A stretch of DNA of 64,000 nucleotides, from the NCBI RefSeq assembly GCF_003264935.1, contig NZ_QLOE01000001.1, positions 1 to 64,000 of the forward strand, written 5' to 3'. The position numbers and the translations under genes are program-made. This document shows positions 42,300 through 52,161 of the stretch, piece by piece; position 1 is the stretch's first letter, and each line of letters starts with the position of its first letter. This stretch comes from Methanothermobacter tenebrarum. Lineage in GTDB: Archaea; Methanobacteriota; Methanobacteria; Methanobacteriales; DSM-23052. The notes beneath the pieces are model-generated. The model was given only the letters and a program-made list of their open reading frames with translations. It ran no database searches and was not told the DNA's origin.

Positions 42300-43719
42300 T
42301 ATAATCCCCTTATAACTTTTTCTATGAATGATCGGCTTATATTATGAAGTTTTTTGGCTGTTTTTTCATCTTTAGCTTCTATTCTGATTCTTATATATGG
42401 TTCTGTGCCTGATGGTCTTATGAGTACCCAGCTGCCATCCTTTAGTGATATTCTTGTACCGTCTATGTTATCTTTTTCGATTTTTTCTTTGAATTGTTTT
42501 GGTAGTTGTTTTCTAACTTTGTCCATCACATTACCTTTTTTCGTATCATGACAGGGTACTTTATCCCTTATATTGTGATATGATGGTATTCTATCGAGTA
42601 ATTTGGATAATGGGCCTTTCTTTGATACTATTTCAACGAGTTTGAGGGCGGAGAATATTCCGTCGGGTGATAGGGAGAATTCTGGGTGTAACCATGTGCC
42701 GGATGGTTCCCCTCCGAATGATCCTTTTTCTCTGATTAGGGCTTCTGCAACATGCACGTCCCCAACCTTTGTCCTTATGACCTCTCCCCCGACTTCTTTT
42801 AAACATTCATCAAGGCTGATGGATGCGTCTACTGTGGTGATGATCTTCCCACCTTTTTCTTTCGCAATGAGTGTTAGAAGTTTATCAAAGTCTGCGAACC
42901 TGCCTTTATCGTCAACTGCCACCATCCTGTCAGCGTCGCCGTCATGGGCTATGCCAAGATCGGCTCCACTGGCTTTAACCGCGTTCATGAGGTCTTTCAG
43001 GTTTTCTGGGGTTGGTTCGGGGTTTCGTCCGGGGAAAAAGCCGTCTGGTTGACAATTCAATGATAAAGGTCTTTCAGGTTTTCTGGGGTTGGTTCGGGGT
43101 TTCGTCCGGGGAAAAAGCCGTCTGGTTGACAATTCAATGATAAGACTTCGCATCCAACTCTCCTTAAAATTATTGGGGTTATATGTGATGCTGCTCCACA
43201 ACCACAATCAACAACTACTTTAAGACCGGGTTTTATCTTAACATGTTCTAGGACATTTTCCATGTACATTTTTGTAATGTCCAAGTGATATGAACTTCCT
43301 AGATTGTCCCAGTCTACCGTAATGTAATCTTTTTCATGGACTATTCTTTCTATTTCCTTTTCTTGTGCTGGTGAGTATGCCATTCCATTCTGGTTCCATA
43401 CTTTTATTCCATTGTATTCTGGTGGGTTGTGTGATGCTGTTATCATTACACCTGCCTTGGCTTCGAGTTTGGAAGTGGCATATCCTATGAGTGGTGTGGG
43501 GACCATTCCTATTTTGATGACGTTACACCCTCCTTCCATCAGCCCCGCGGATAATGCGTTTTCTATGAGTTGGCTTGATGTGCGCGGATCATATCCTACT
43601 ACGACTTCACCTTCTCCTTTGAGGTAGGTTGCGATGGCTTTCCCAACATTTAACGATAATGATGCTGTTAGTTTTTCTTTAAATCTTCCTCGGATGCCTG
43701 ATGTTCCAAAAAGTTTCAT
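42299..43719 (-). pseudogene. glmM: phosphoglucosamine mutase / phosphomannomutase-family gene interrupted by a 77-bp tandem duplication (two overlapping ORFs, 43057..43719 and 42299..43207)
   Basis: The N-terminal ORF has the active-site loop TASHNPPEYNGIK. The C-terminal ORF carries domains 3 and 4. Both contain the peptide LNCQPDGFFPGRNPEPTPENLKDL, encoded by the duplicated DNA. Removing one copy would restore a single ORF of about 450 aa. Confidence 0.6.
42990..43143. repeat. perfect tandem direct duplication, 2 x 77 bp
   Basis: aggtctttcaggttttctggggttggttcggggtttcgtccggggaaaaagccgtctggttgacaattcaatgataa occurs at 42990-43066 and again at 43067-43143. Confidence 0.8.
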
Positions 43720-43721
43720 TT

Positions 43722-44951
43722 TTATGCACCGAATTTTTCTGTTTTATCCATTAGGTCGAGTAATATGTTCATTATATCTGATCCTCTTATCCTGCAGAGT
43801 CCGCCTTTGCTTGCTTCTCTTTCATTGAATCTTTTTATGTTGTCCACTCTTATACCTGGACCGTTAATTACGATGGGTACTGGGTCTCCGGTATGGTCTT
43901 TTACACTTATTGGGGTGGTGTGGTCAGCTGTGAAGACAAAAAACATTTCATCTAATGGGAAGTCTTCGAGTATTTCATCAACTTTTTCTAGGAATTCTAT
44001 TTTGCCTTTCAGGTCTCCGTCGTGGCCTGCTTCATCGGCGCCGTCAATGTTTACGAGTATGAAATCATATTGGCTGTTTATTGTATCAATGATTGCGTCT
44101 TTTATATTTTTTAGGTTGGTGTCTATGCCCCCGGTTGCTCCTTCCACTTCTATGATTTCCATGCCTGTCAGGTTCCCTATACCTTTTATGAGCCCTGTTT
44201 CGGCTATACATGCTGCTTTTAGCCCATATTTTTCCTCAAATTTTCTTATATGGGGTACTTCTCCAGCTCCTCTTGGTAGTATGATGTTAGCAGGGTTTTC
44301 AGACCTTTTTAAACGTTCTATGTTGACTGGATGTTCTTTAAGTAATTTGTATGACTTTTCGACTAGTCTGTTTAGGAGTTTCGCGGTTTTTTCAGCGGCC
44401 GGGGAGTCGTTTAAGGGTTTAACGGCCTTTGGGGGTTTGCCCTCCTTTTTAGGGTCTGAATCGGATACCTTATCTGAAAGATTTTCACCCCTTAAAACTA
44501 GTACTGCCCTGTGGCCTGTAGATTCCTTGAAGATTATTTCAACGTCTTCGAAGCCTTCTATTTTCATGGAGTTGATTGTTTCAGCTATCTTGTCAGTTTT
44601 TTCCCTTATTCGGCCGGCTCGCCTGTCTATTATTATCCCATCCTCGTCTTGGGTTGCGAAATTGCATCTGAATGCTATGTCTCCTGGTTTCACTTCTACT
44701 CCAACCCCAGCGGCTTCGAATGGTCCTCTACCAGTATAGACTTTATATGGGTTGTATCCCAAGATTGAAAGATGTGCGGTGTCGCTCCCAACCCTTATAC
44801 CAGGTTTTATCGGGTCCATGATACCATTAATACCATTTTCCGCTAACTTGTCCATATTTGGGGTTTCAGCAGCTTCTAAGGGTGTTTTTTCTCCAAGTTC
44901 TGGTATTGGACGGTCTGCCATCCCATCAATTATCATTATCAGGCTTTTCAT
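43722..44951 (-). CDS. apgM: 2,3-bisphosphoglycerate-independent phosphoglycerate mutase, archaeal type
   Basis: 409 aa. The N-terminus MKSLIMIIDGMADRP… and metal-binding Asp/His pattern are typical of aPGM. Confidence 0.75.
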   Translation of the reverse strand: MKSLIMIIDGMADRPIPELGEKTPLEAAETPNMDKLAENGINGIMDPIKPGIRVGSDTAHLSILGYNPYKVYTGRGPFEAAGVGVEVKPGDIAFRCNFATQDEDGIIIDRRAGRIREKTDKIAETINSMKIEGFEDVEIIFKESTGHRAVLVLRGENLSDKVSDSDPKKEGKPPKAVKPLNDSPAAEKTAKLLNRLVEKSYKLLKEHPVNIERLKRSENPANIILPRGAGEVPHIRKFEEKYGLKAACIAETGLIKGIGNLTGMEIIEVEGATGGIDTNLKNIKDAIIDTINSQYDFILVNIDGADEAGHDGDLKGKIEFLEKVDEILEDFPLDEMFFVFTADHTTPISVKDHTGDPVPIVINGPGIRVDNIKRFNEREASKGGLCRIRGSDIMNILLDLMDKTEKFGA

Positions 44952-44972
44952 AATTTTCCCACCTTGTTTATG

Positions 44973-45665
44973 TTAGAAATGGAGGAGGATTATCCCTGCA
45001 GCTGCCCCTGTAACTGTTGCTAATAGATTCACTTGTTCATTGTTAATGTAATTTTTTCGTTCAAATAAAGCGCCTAGTATGCTGTCCATGAAGCATCCTA
45101 TGGTGCCTGCTATCACGGCTATTTTAACAGATATTAGTGGGTTAGGGCATATATTGAGAAAGTATGCTGATAGGCCGATGATACCTGCTCCGATGATGCC
45201 TGCAGCGGTTCCTAGGAGTGATACACCACCATCTGTTCCAGGTTTAACCTCCCTTGTCAAATCTGTTATTAGTCTAGGCGTCTGTAACACTCCTATTTCA
45301 CTTGCTAGCGTGTCTGCTGTTGCAGTTGCCACGGATCCTATGAATCCCCCGAGGAACCCGTCATAGTAGCTGAAGCTGGCCATTATAAATGGTATTATAC
45401 CATTGGAGATGACGTTTCGAGCGTTCCTTCTACCTTCATAGAGTTTCATGGACTTCTTATAATTTTTCTTATATTTTGTGGCTAAAAGGCTTAGAATCAA
45501 AAAAATGAATATTAAAATCAGCCAATTAAACCCAGCAGCTACTATTATAAGAAAACCCATTATAACCATTAGGAGGGACCCCCAAAAGTCCAAGGCGCAC
45601 CGATTGTAAGTTAAAAAGCCTATAAGTATGCATATAATGATATAAATCCAATTAAAGTCTTTCAT
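44973..45665 (-). CDS. DUF92-family integral membrane protein
   Basis: 230 aa, about 6 TM helices. Gly-rich helices resembling the TIGR00297/DUF92 family. Confidence 0.4.
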   Translation of the reverse strand: MKDFNWIYIIICILIGFLTYNRCALDFWGSLLMVIMGFLIIVAAGFNWLILIFIFLILSLLATKYKKNYKKSMKLYEGRRNARNVISNGIIPFIMASFSYYDGFLGGFIGSVATATADTLASEIGVLQTPRLITDLTREVKPGTDGGVSLLGTAAGIIGAGIIGLSAYFLNICPNPLISVKIAVIAGTIGCFMDSILGALFERKNYINNEQVNLLATVTGAAAGIILLHF

Positions 45666-45696
45666 ATGGGGGACCCCCCATCATTGGGCTCCTTTT

Positions 45697-46284
45697 CTAG
45701 GCTGGCTCCTCTAATACCCTAGTCTTTATTATCTCAACCCTTTTGAGGGGGTAGACTTTCTTGGCTTCATGGTATATCTCTGAGGCTATTTTCCCTGTTA
45801 CAATACCCTCCACGAGCTCGTTGAATGTTTTCTCACTTGCGAGCTCCTCTATCTTGTCCTCTATGATCTTACGCATGTATCTTTGCTGTGATGATTTGGC
45901 TCGTCGGGTTGTTATGGCGAGGGTGTGAATCTTTACCTTGTAACCATCCTTTGTCTTCACTATCTTTGGAGCGTCAACACGACTAGTACCTCTTCTTATC
46001 ATGCTTCGCACGTAATCTGTTGTAAGTTCATGGCCTATGAACTTAGTACTTGCCTTGTCTCCTGTAACGTTCTCTATCTCAAATTTTAATTTAACATATT
46101 GTCTTGAAAAATCACCGGTAAGTTCTCGCATCGTAGCCTCTACTCTCCTAGTAGATAATAGTTTAGGATCACGTGCAGGTGTAACACCTATCTCTTTTTC
46201 CCCGAATAAACTCGGGGCTGTTACAGTATACCATTTCTTTTCTTTCCAAGTGTCTCTTGCTCTTCTTCTTCTCACTTTAGCCAT
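45697..46284 (-). CDS. rps3ae: 30S ribosomal protein S3Ae (S1e)
   Basis: 195 aa. MAKVRRRRARDTWKEKKWYTV… is a typical S3Ae N-terminus. Confidence 0.8.
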   Translation of the reverse strand: MAKVRRRRARDTWKEKKWYTVTAPSLFGEKEIGVTPARDPKLLSTRRVEATMRELTGDFSRQYVKLKFEIENVTGDKASTKFIGHELTTDYVRSMIRRGTSRVDAPKIVKTKDGYKVKIHTLAITTRRAKSSQQRYMRKIIEDKIEELASEKTFNELVEGIVTGKIASEIYHEAKKVYPLKRVEIIKTRVLEEPA

Positions 46285-46396
46285 TATATCACCCTAAAAT
46301 TGTGAATTTTTCCATGAAAAATTAGAATTACAAAACTTTGGTCCTAATTTTCCAAAATATTGAAGTAGATTATTAGCCTAGAAGATATTTAAATAT

Positions 46397-46720
46397 TTAG
46401 CTTTTCATGAACTTGTAATGTTTAATATACCTCCTGATAACATCATCTATGGGCCCTTCATCTGATACGAATTTTATACCCGCCTCTTCAAGGCCGAATT
46501 TAGCCCTTAATCCAGCCTGGACAGCTATTACAATATCACAATCTCTAACAGCATCTAATGTTTTCATCCATTGATGTTTTTCAGCAAAGTCAACGTTAAC
46601 TTTCCTCTCATCAATCATCTCCACTTTTTCACCATCGAACTCGTAGATAATAAACTTAGATGCTTTGCCGAAATGCAAGTCCACATTTTCACCATCAGAT
46701 GATGCGACGGCTATCTTCAA
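46397..46720 (-). CDS. NifX/NifB-like dinitrogenase FeMo-cofactor-biosynthesis-domain protein
   Basis: 107 aa. MKIAVASSDGENVDLHFGKASKFIIYEF matches the NifX/NafY-like fold family. Confidence 0.5.
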   Translation of the reverse strand: MKIAVASSDGENVDLHFGKASKFIIYEFDGEKVEMIDERKVNVDFAEKHQWMKTLDAVRDCDIVIAVQAGLRAKFGLEEAGIKFVSDEGPIDDVIRRYIKHYKFMKS

Positions 46721-46760
46721 TCTACAATCCCCCTAAAATGGGGTGTTCAATGGGGGGGGT

Positions 46761-47324
46761 CTAGTATATTTTTTTGATTAGTTTAGCCACGTTTTCGCCG
46801 AAATGTTCTACAGTTTCAATACCCTCTTTATCATCTTCAACTTCGCCAGCAGCCCAAGCAAATAGGATATTCCAATAGGTTGAACCTGGGACTATCATAT
46901 CATTTATGAGATAGAACATTAACATCTCTTGTATTGTGGCTGTCTGACCACCCCTACGGGCCACTGCAATGGGTCCGCCGACCTTCCATTTTAGGAACCT
47001 GTCAGAGGCCCTTGAAACCATCCCTATCCTCTGTAGTGCTGACATGACATCGCCACGTGCTGTTCCAAAGTATACTGGAGATCCTACTATGAATCCCTCT
47101 GATTCTTTTATTTTTTGGATGATGGTGTTGAGTCCATCATCTATTGCGCATTCACCCGTCTTCGCACAGGTTAAGCATGCTCTACAGGATTTAATGTCCA
47201 TTCCCCTTAAAGAAATTATCTCGGTTTCAAGGCCTTCTTCCCTGATTTTCTCGGCACATCTTTCTAGGGCTGTCATGGTGTTGCTTTCTTTCCTCGGACT
47301 TCCACATAATAATAAAACTTTCAT
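46761..47324 (-). CDS. iron-sulfur flavoprotein (Isf) / NADPH-dependent FMN reductase family
   Basis: 187 aa. Flavodoxin-like N-terminus (LLLCGSPRKESNT) plus the compact Cys motif CRACLTCAKTGEC (Cx2Cx2Cx5C), which is typical of Isf. Confidence 0.6.
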   Translation of the reverse strand: MKVLLLCGSPRKESNTMTALERCAEKIREEGLETEIISLRGMDIKSCRACLTCAKTGECAIDDGLNTIIQKIKESEGFIVGSPVYFGTARGDVMSALQRIGMVSRASDRFLKWKVGGPIAVARRGGQTATIQEMLMFYLINDMIVPGSTYWNILFAWAAGEVEDDKEGIETVEHFGENVAKLIKKIY

Positions 47325-48106
47325 TTTGGCATCTCCCCTTTGAGTATTTCATCTACAGAGGCGCCTTTAAGCGCCTCATGACATTCACATGGGGATTCAT
47401 CAATCATCTCAACACTCCTATTTATAATATCCACTATAATGGGCCTTTTCTCCTCCAGGACATTGAAGACTTCTTTTATGGTGAGTTTATCCTCTGAGAT
47501 TGACGCTGCATAATTTGATACCAGGCAGAGGCTCGCATAGCACATTTCAAGTTCTCTTGCGAGCACGGCCTCGGGTAATCCTGTCATCCCCACAATTGTG
47601 CCTCCTAGGATTTTGAACATTCTTATCTCAGCTGCAGTTTCAAAACGGGGCCCTTCTGTACACACGTATACTCCACCATCCTCCACTTCGCCAGAGGATA
47701 GTAGTATGTTTCTGAGTTTTGGACAGTATGGTTTTGTAACATCCACGTGGACTGTATTTTTATCATAGAATGTTCCTATTCTCGTTTTCGTGAAATCTAG
47801 GAAGTCATCTGGTGTGACTATTGTCCCTGGTTTGATGAATTTGTGGAGTGATCCTGCGGTGTTGGTTGCGATTATTTTATTGACACCTAAGTGTTTAAGG
47901 GCCCATATGTTTGCTCTGTAGTTTATCTTGTGTGGTGGATAGTCGTGGCCTTCTGCGTGTCTGGGTATGAATGCGACTTTTTTGTCATGGATTTTGAAAA
48001 TTGATATTGGGGGTGAATCCCCATAGGGTGTTTTTATAATCTTTTTTTCCACCTTCACATCTTGTGGTGTTTTATAGATTCCTGTTCCACCTATTATCCC
48101 TATCAA
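47321..48106 (-). CDS. mtnP: 5'-methylthioadenosine / purine nucleoside phosphorylase
   Basis: 261 aa. MIGIIGGTGIY N-terminus and PNP-I family motifs. Confidence 0.7.
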   Translation of the reverse strand: MIGIIGGTGIYKTPQDVKVEKKIIKTPYGDSPPISIFKIHDKKVAFIPRHAEGHDYPPHKINYRANIWALKHLGVNKIIATNTAGSLHKFIKPGTIVTPDDFLDFTKTRIGTFYDKNTVHVDVTKPYCPKLRNILLSSGEVEDGGVYVCTEGPRFETAAEIRMFKILGGTIVGMTGLPEAVLARELEMCYASLCLVSNYAASISEDKLTIKEVFNVLEEKRPIIVDIINRSVEMIDESPCECHEALKGASVDEILKGEMPK

Positions 48107-48111
48107 CTATG

Positions 48112-49560
48112 TCACCCTTTGGCGACGCCTAATGGTATCATTTTTGCGACTAGTCGTGATATTCCTGTCCTGTGGGATGTGTTAACGACCATGTCCACGT
48201 CTTTGTAGGCTCCTGGCGCTTCTTCCGCGATCACTGGCATTGAAGTGGCCCTTACGTATATTCCCATCCTTGAAAGGTTCCTTTGGACTTGCTCGCCACG
48301 GTATGTCCTCTTTGCACCTGCTCTGCTCATTTTACGCCCTGCTCCATGGGCTGTGGATCCGAATGTTTCTTTCATTGCAGTTTCTGTCCCGTGGAGTACA
48401 TAGGATGATGTTCCCATCGTACCTGGTATTATGACTGGTTGGCCTATTTTCCTATATTCGGAGGGTATTTCTTTCCTCCCCGGGCCGAAGGCTCTTGTAG
48501 CCCCTTTTCTGTGAACGTAGACTTCCCTTTTCAATCCTTTTATTGGGTGGGTTTCTTTTTTGGCTATGTTGTGGGCCACATCATATAATATTTCCATTTC
48601 CATGTCTTCTGCGCTTTTGTTGAATACTTGTTCGAAGGATTCTCTCACCCAGTGTACTATCATTTGTCGGTTGGCCCATGCATAGTTTGCTGCTGCTGCC
48701 ATTGCCTGGAAATATTCTATTGCCTCTTCTGAGTCTACTGGGGCGCAGGCTAATTGTCGGTCTGGTATTTTGATGTTGTATTTTTTGTAGGCTTTGTCCA
48801 TGATTTTTAGGTAGTCTGAGCAGATTTGATGGCCGCAGCCTCTGGATCCTGTGTGGATTAGTACTGTTACTTTCCCAGTTTCTAGGCCGTAGGCTTTTGC
48901 TGCTTTTTCGTTGAAGATTCTATCTATTCTTTGGACTTCTAGGAAGTGGTTGCCTGAGCCTAATGAGCCTAGTTGGGGTATGCCCCTCTTTTTTGCTTTT
49001 TCGCTTACCTTTGTTGCGTCGGCTTCTTCCATTTTACCGTTTTCTTCGAGGTGTTTTAGGTCTTCTTCCCAACCGTATCCGTTTTCAACAGCCCATTCAG
49101 CGCCGTTTTCTAGCACTTCATCAATTTGACCCTCTTTTAGTCTTATTTTGCCTTTGCTTCCAACGCCTGATGGCACGTTCCTGAATAGTGTGTCTATGAG
49201 TTCTTTTATTCTTGGTTTGACTTCTTCATGGTCTAGGTTTGTTTTTAATAGTCTGACTCCGCAGTTTATATCGAATCCCACACCACCTGGACTTATGATA
49301 CCATTTCTGGCGTCGAATGCTGCAACGCCCCCTATACTGAATCCGTAGCCGAAGTGTATGTCTGGAAGGCCAATTGAAAATTTTTGTATGCCTGGGAGGC
49401 ATGCTACATTCGCCACTTGGTCAATGGCTCCTTTCTCCAAGTCTTTTAGTGCTTCTTCGTCTAGGTATATTCGCCCAGGGACGCGCATGCACTCTTTATA
49501 ATCTGTGGGGACTTCCCATACCGATTCTCTAACTTTTATCAGGATATTTTTCACGTTCAT
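48112..49560 (-). CDS. rtcB: RNA-splicing ligase RtcB (tRNA ligase)
   Basis: 482 aa. Full-length RtcB with conserved His/Cys metal ligands (…[10 protein letters not shown]…). Confidence 0.85.
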   Translation of the reverse strand: MNVKNILIKVRESVWEVPTDYKECMRVPGRIYLDEEALKDLEKGAIDQVANVACLPGIQKFSIGLPDIHFGYGFSIGGVAAFDARNGIISPGGVGFDINCGVRLLKTNLDHEEVKPRIKELIDTLFRNVPSGVGSKGKIRLKEGQIDEVLENGAEWAVENGYGWEEDLKHLEENGKMEEADATKVSEKAKKRGIPQLGSLGSGNHFLEVQRIDRIFNEKAAKAYGLETGKVTVLIHTGSRGCGHQICSDYLKIMDKAYKKYNIKIPDRQLACAPVDSEEAIEYFQAMAAAANYAWANRQMIVHWVRESFEQVFNKSAEDMEMEILYDVAHNIAKKETHPIKGLKREVYVHRKGATRAFGPGRKEIPSEYRKIGQPVIIPGTMGTSSYVLHGTETAMKETFGSTAHGAGRKMSRAGAKRTYRGEQVQRNLSRMGIYVRATSMPVIAEEAPGAYKDVDMVVNTSHRTGISRLVAKMIPLGVAKG

Positions 49561-49593
49561 TATAATCCACCACCAAAGGAGGGTCTCTCTTTT

Positions 49594-50019
49594 TTATAGG
49601 TCTACTATCACTCTAACTTTATATTGGCCTTTTTCTTCTCGCACATCCATCAAGTGATAGGTGACTGCTTTTACTTCATCGCGAATTTCATGTATACTAG
49701 GATTTATGTTATCGCCTACGGCTTTTCCTTCTAGTCTATATAATCTATTTTTTTGTATATTAACTTTGAATTTTGAGAAGAATAGGAATTCTGTATCCTT
49801 TAGGAATAGGAGTTCGTCGAGCCAATCATGTAGGAGTGATATTTCATCCTCAGCTTCTAATTTTATCCTTTTTTCTTTTTTTGGTTGGACTTTCCTCGTG
49901 TCTGTCATTAATTCGAACATTGCAAGGGCCGCGTTTTCAAAAGCTTCTTCCATTGTTGACCCGTATGCCCAATAGCCGGCGTCTGCTGTTACTTCGAAAT
50001 ATTCGAATTTTTTCTTCAT
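49594..50019 (-). CDS. archease (RtcB activator)
   Basis: The track ORF (165 aa) probably starts at an internal Met (MKKKFEYFEVTADAG…). FE(H/V)TAD(A/I)G is the archease N-terminal signature. Adjacent to rtcB. Confidence 0.6.
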   Translation of the reverse strand: MKKKFEYFEVTADAGYWAYGSTMEEAFENAALAMFELMTDTRKVQPKKEKRIKLEAEDEISLLHDWLDELLFLKDTEFLFFSKFKVNIQKNRLYRLEGKAVGDNINPSIHEIRDEVKAVTYHLMDVREEKGQYKVRVIVDL

Positions 50020-50268
50020 GTTTTTCTCCAACCTATTATTAGTTTTCATATGCTCTCTTCCTCTTTTGTTATATTCTCCCAAATTTGACAATCATACTAT
50101 GGAGGTGAAATGAAATGTATAGGTTGGATAGGTCAAGGAAAAAAGGGAATTTCACTGACCTTAATATTGAAGCTTGTATTATAATATTCATTGTCCTTTT
50201 ACTTATAATAGGGGGTGTGTATTTTTTCGCGAGCACGCCAAATTCTAATTATCCAGCGAACCTGTTCT

Positions 50269-51399
50269 TCATTTATCTAATTCCTTTTTGAATCTTGGGA
50301 TTATAAGACGCGCGTTACCACGCCTACCTTTACCTGTGAATGGGGTGTCAATAAGTCTTAGAAATTCAAGTTTTTCTAGTATCCTATTAAATGATGAATA
50401 ACTTAATCCTGTTCTCCTTTTAAACTCTTTATAGGCTTGGCCTGCTGTTAAGTTTTCACTTCCAGCATCTATGATAATTTTTAGGAATTCTCTTTCATTT
50501 TTTGAAAGATTTTTTATTGTGTCATTGAAACTTGTGGATATTGTGTCTTTTATAGCCTCTTCAAGGTGTGATTTTTTAATCCTAGGAGAGGCTTCCGCCT
50601 CGGCAAGGTTCCCACAGACCCTTAAAAGGTTTATACCATATCTTAAGTCTCCTGTTTCAAATGCTAAAATTGCTATCTCATCTATTAGTTCATCAGAGAT
50701 TACACCATCATAGAATCCTATCCTTGCCCTATCCTTTAATATATCATATATTTCCTCATAACTATAGGGTTGGAATATTATCTCCTGTGGGATGAACACT
50801 GAATCAACATTTTTATCAAGAGCATACCTAAACTCAATATCAGATAATACAGCGAATATACCCGTCCTAACATTATCAAAAGCCTCATACGCCCTTAGAA
50901 TATCATAGAATATCCTATTAGCTTTCCTGTCATGGAATAGGTGGTTAACATCATCTAATGCAACTATAAGGGCCTTATCCTCTGTTGAAAGTTTATGCAT
51001 TATGTCATGGTATATCCTAGAAAATGGAACCCCAGTCTCTGGAGGATAATATCCAAAGATCTTATAATATATCTGTGAAAATATGCCGAAACGTGTAGTA
51101 TGCAATTGACAGTTAATATATGAGCATATAACCTTCTCTGAACTATTCTCAACCATTTCAAAAAGTTTCTTTATGGCTGTGGTCTTACCAGTCGCGCAAG
51201 CCCCTAGTACAACAGCATTAATGGGCCTCCCATTCATCAAGGCAGGTCTTATACAAACTGCAAGAGCTTCCATCTGCGAATCTCTGTACTTAAAATTCTC
51301 AGGGATATAATCAGGGTCGAAGGCTTGCATATTCCTGAATATTGTCTCATCATGTAGGAGGATATCATCTATTCCCATGATATGATAATTATCCTTCAA
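50269..51399 (-). CDS. orc1: Orc1/Cdc6 replication initiator paralogue
   Basis: 376 aa. AAA+ Walker A GACATGKTT, sensor regions, C-terminal winged helix. The Walker B is atypical (LDDVN). Confidence 0.7.
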   Translation of the reverse strand: MKDNYHIMGIDDILLHDETIFRNMQAFDPDYIPENFKYRDSQMEALAVCIRPALMNGRPINAVVLGACATGKTTAIKKLFEMVENSSEKVICSYINCQLHTTRFGIFSQIYYKIFGYYPPETGVPFSRIYHDIMHKLSTEDKALIVALDDVNHLFHDRKANRIFYDILRAYEAFDNVRTGIFAVLSDIEFRYALDKNVDSVFIPQEIIFQPYSYEEIYDILKDRARIGFYDGVISDELIDEIAILAFETGDLRYGINLLRVCGNLAEAEASPRIKKSHLEEAIKDTISTSFNDTIKNLSKNEREFLKIIIDAGSENLTAGQAYKEFKRRTGLSYSSFNRILEKLEFLRLIDTPFTGKGRRGNARLIIPRFKKELDK

Positions 51400-51405
51400 A
51401 GTATA

Positions 51406-52161
51406 TTAACCTTTCAATAATTTAGCCTCCACGAGATTATAAATTTTAACATCCTCGTTTTCCATTATCCAATCTATAAGCTTCTTGGCATATTCCAGTT
51501 TCAACCTTTTGATCTTATCTGCTTTTTCTGTCTTTTCACTTATCTGGGGCCTTGAATATTTTGTGATGATATCCCCAAAATCCATACCAGCCAAGATTAT
51601 GAGCTTGGCGCCTAATTCAACCGCGAGGAAAACAGCCCTATCACCATCAGTGAAACCGCCAAAATTGTGCAAATCTCCTATTGGTGGCGTCTGGGTCGTT
51701 CCAAGGATGTTCCTAAGCTTTGGAAGATAAAATCTTAACCTTTCCAGGTTATTACCATGTGCATGTACCACTACGAAAGAACCGGCCTTATTTGCCCTGA
51801 TTATATCATCAATGTTACCGTCAAGGTCTGTTACAATAATATCGGGTAGTATGGATTCTTCTAGGAGGGCGGTTGTAGCCCCATCAGCAGCTATCATCGT
51901 GAAAACCCCAAGGTCAAAATCCTCCTTTAAGAACTTCAAATGCTTTTTAATGGATGGTCCGGCTCCAAAGATTATGAACTTATCATTATGTGGCAGTTCA
52001 TCCATATCAACTTTTATATTCTCATGTTCTTGGAGGAAATCATTAAGGTATTCGGCGGCTTCCATATCAGCGAGGGGGTCGAATTTGAAATCTTCTATGA
52101 TTTTCTCATACCAGCCTATCCATGTTTTAAGATCCATTATAATCACATTCAAAAAGACCAA
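51406..52161 (-). CDS. DUF115 / MptE-like protein (6-hydroxymethyl-7,8-dihydropterin diphosphokinase-like)
   Basis: 251 aa. …FIIFGAGPSIKKHL…IAADGATTALLEE…IIVTDLDGN… matches the DUF115 (MptE) pattern. 7 bp upstream of orc1 on the same strand. Confidence 0.5.
   Translation of the reverse strand: MVFLNVIIMDLKTWIGWYEKIIEDFKFDPLADMEAAEYLNDFLQEHENIKVDMDELPHNDKFIIFGAGPSIKKHLKFLKEDFDLGVFTMIAADGATTALLEESILPDIIVTDLDGNIDDIIRANKAGSFVVVHAHGNNLERLRFYLPKLRNILGTTQTPPIGDLHNFGGFTDGDRAVFLAVELGAKLIILAGMDFGDIITKYSRPQISEKTEKADKIKRLKLEYAKKLIDWIMENEDVKIYNLVEAKLLKG

Noticed and set aside
50092-50268. Replication origin next to orc1
   Set aside because: The flanking spacers are short (177 bp and 91 bp) and contain no array of ORB / mini-ORB-like repeats. 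The upstream side of orc1 is occupied by a co-transcribed gene.
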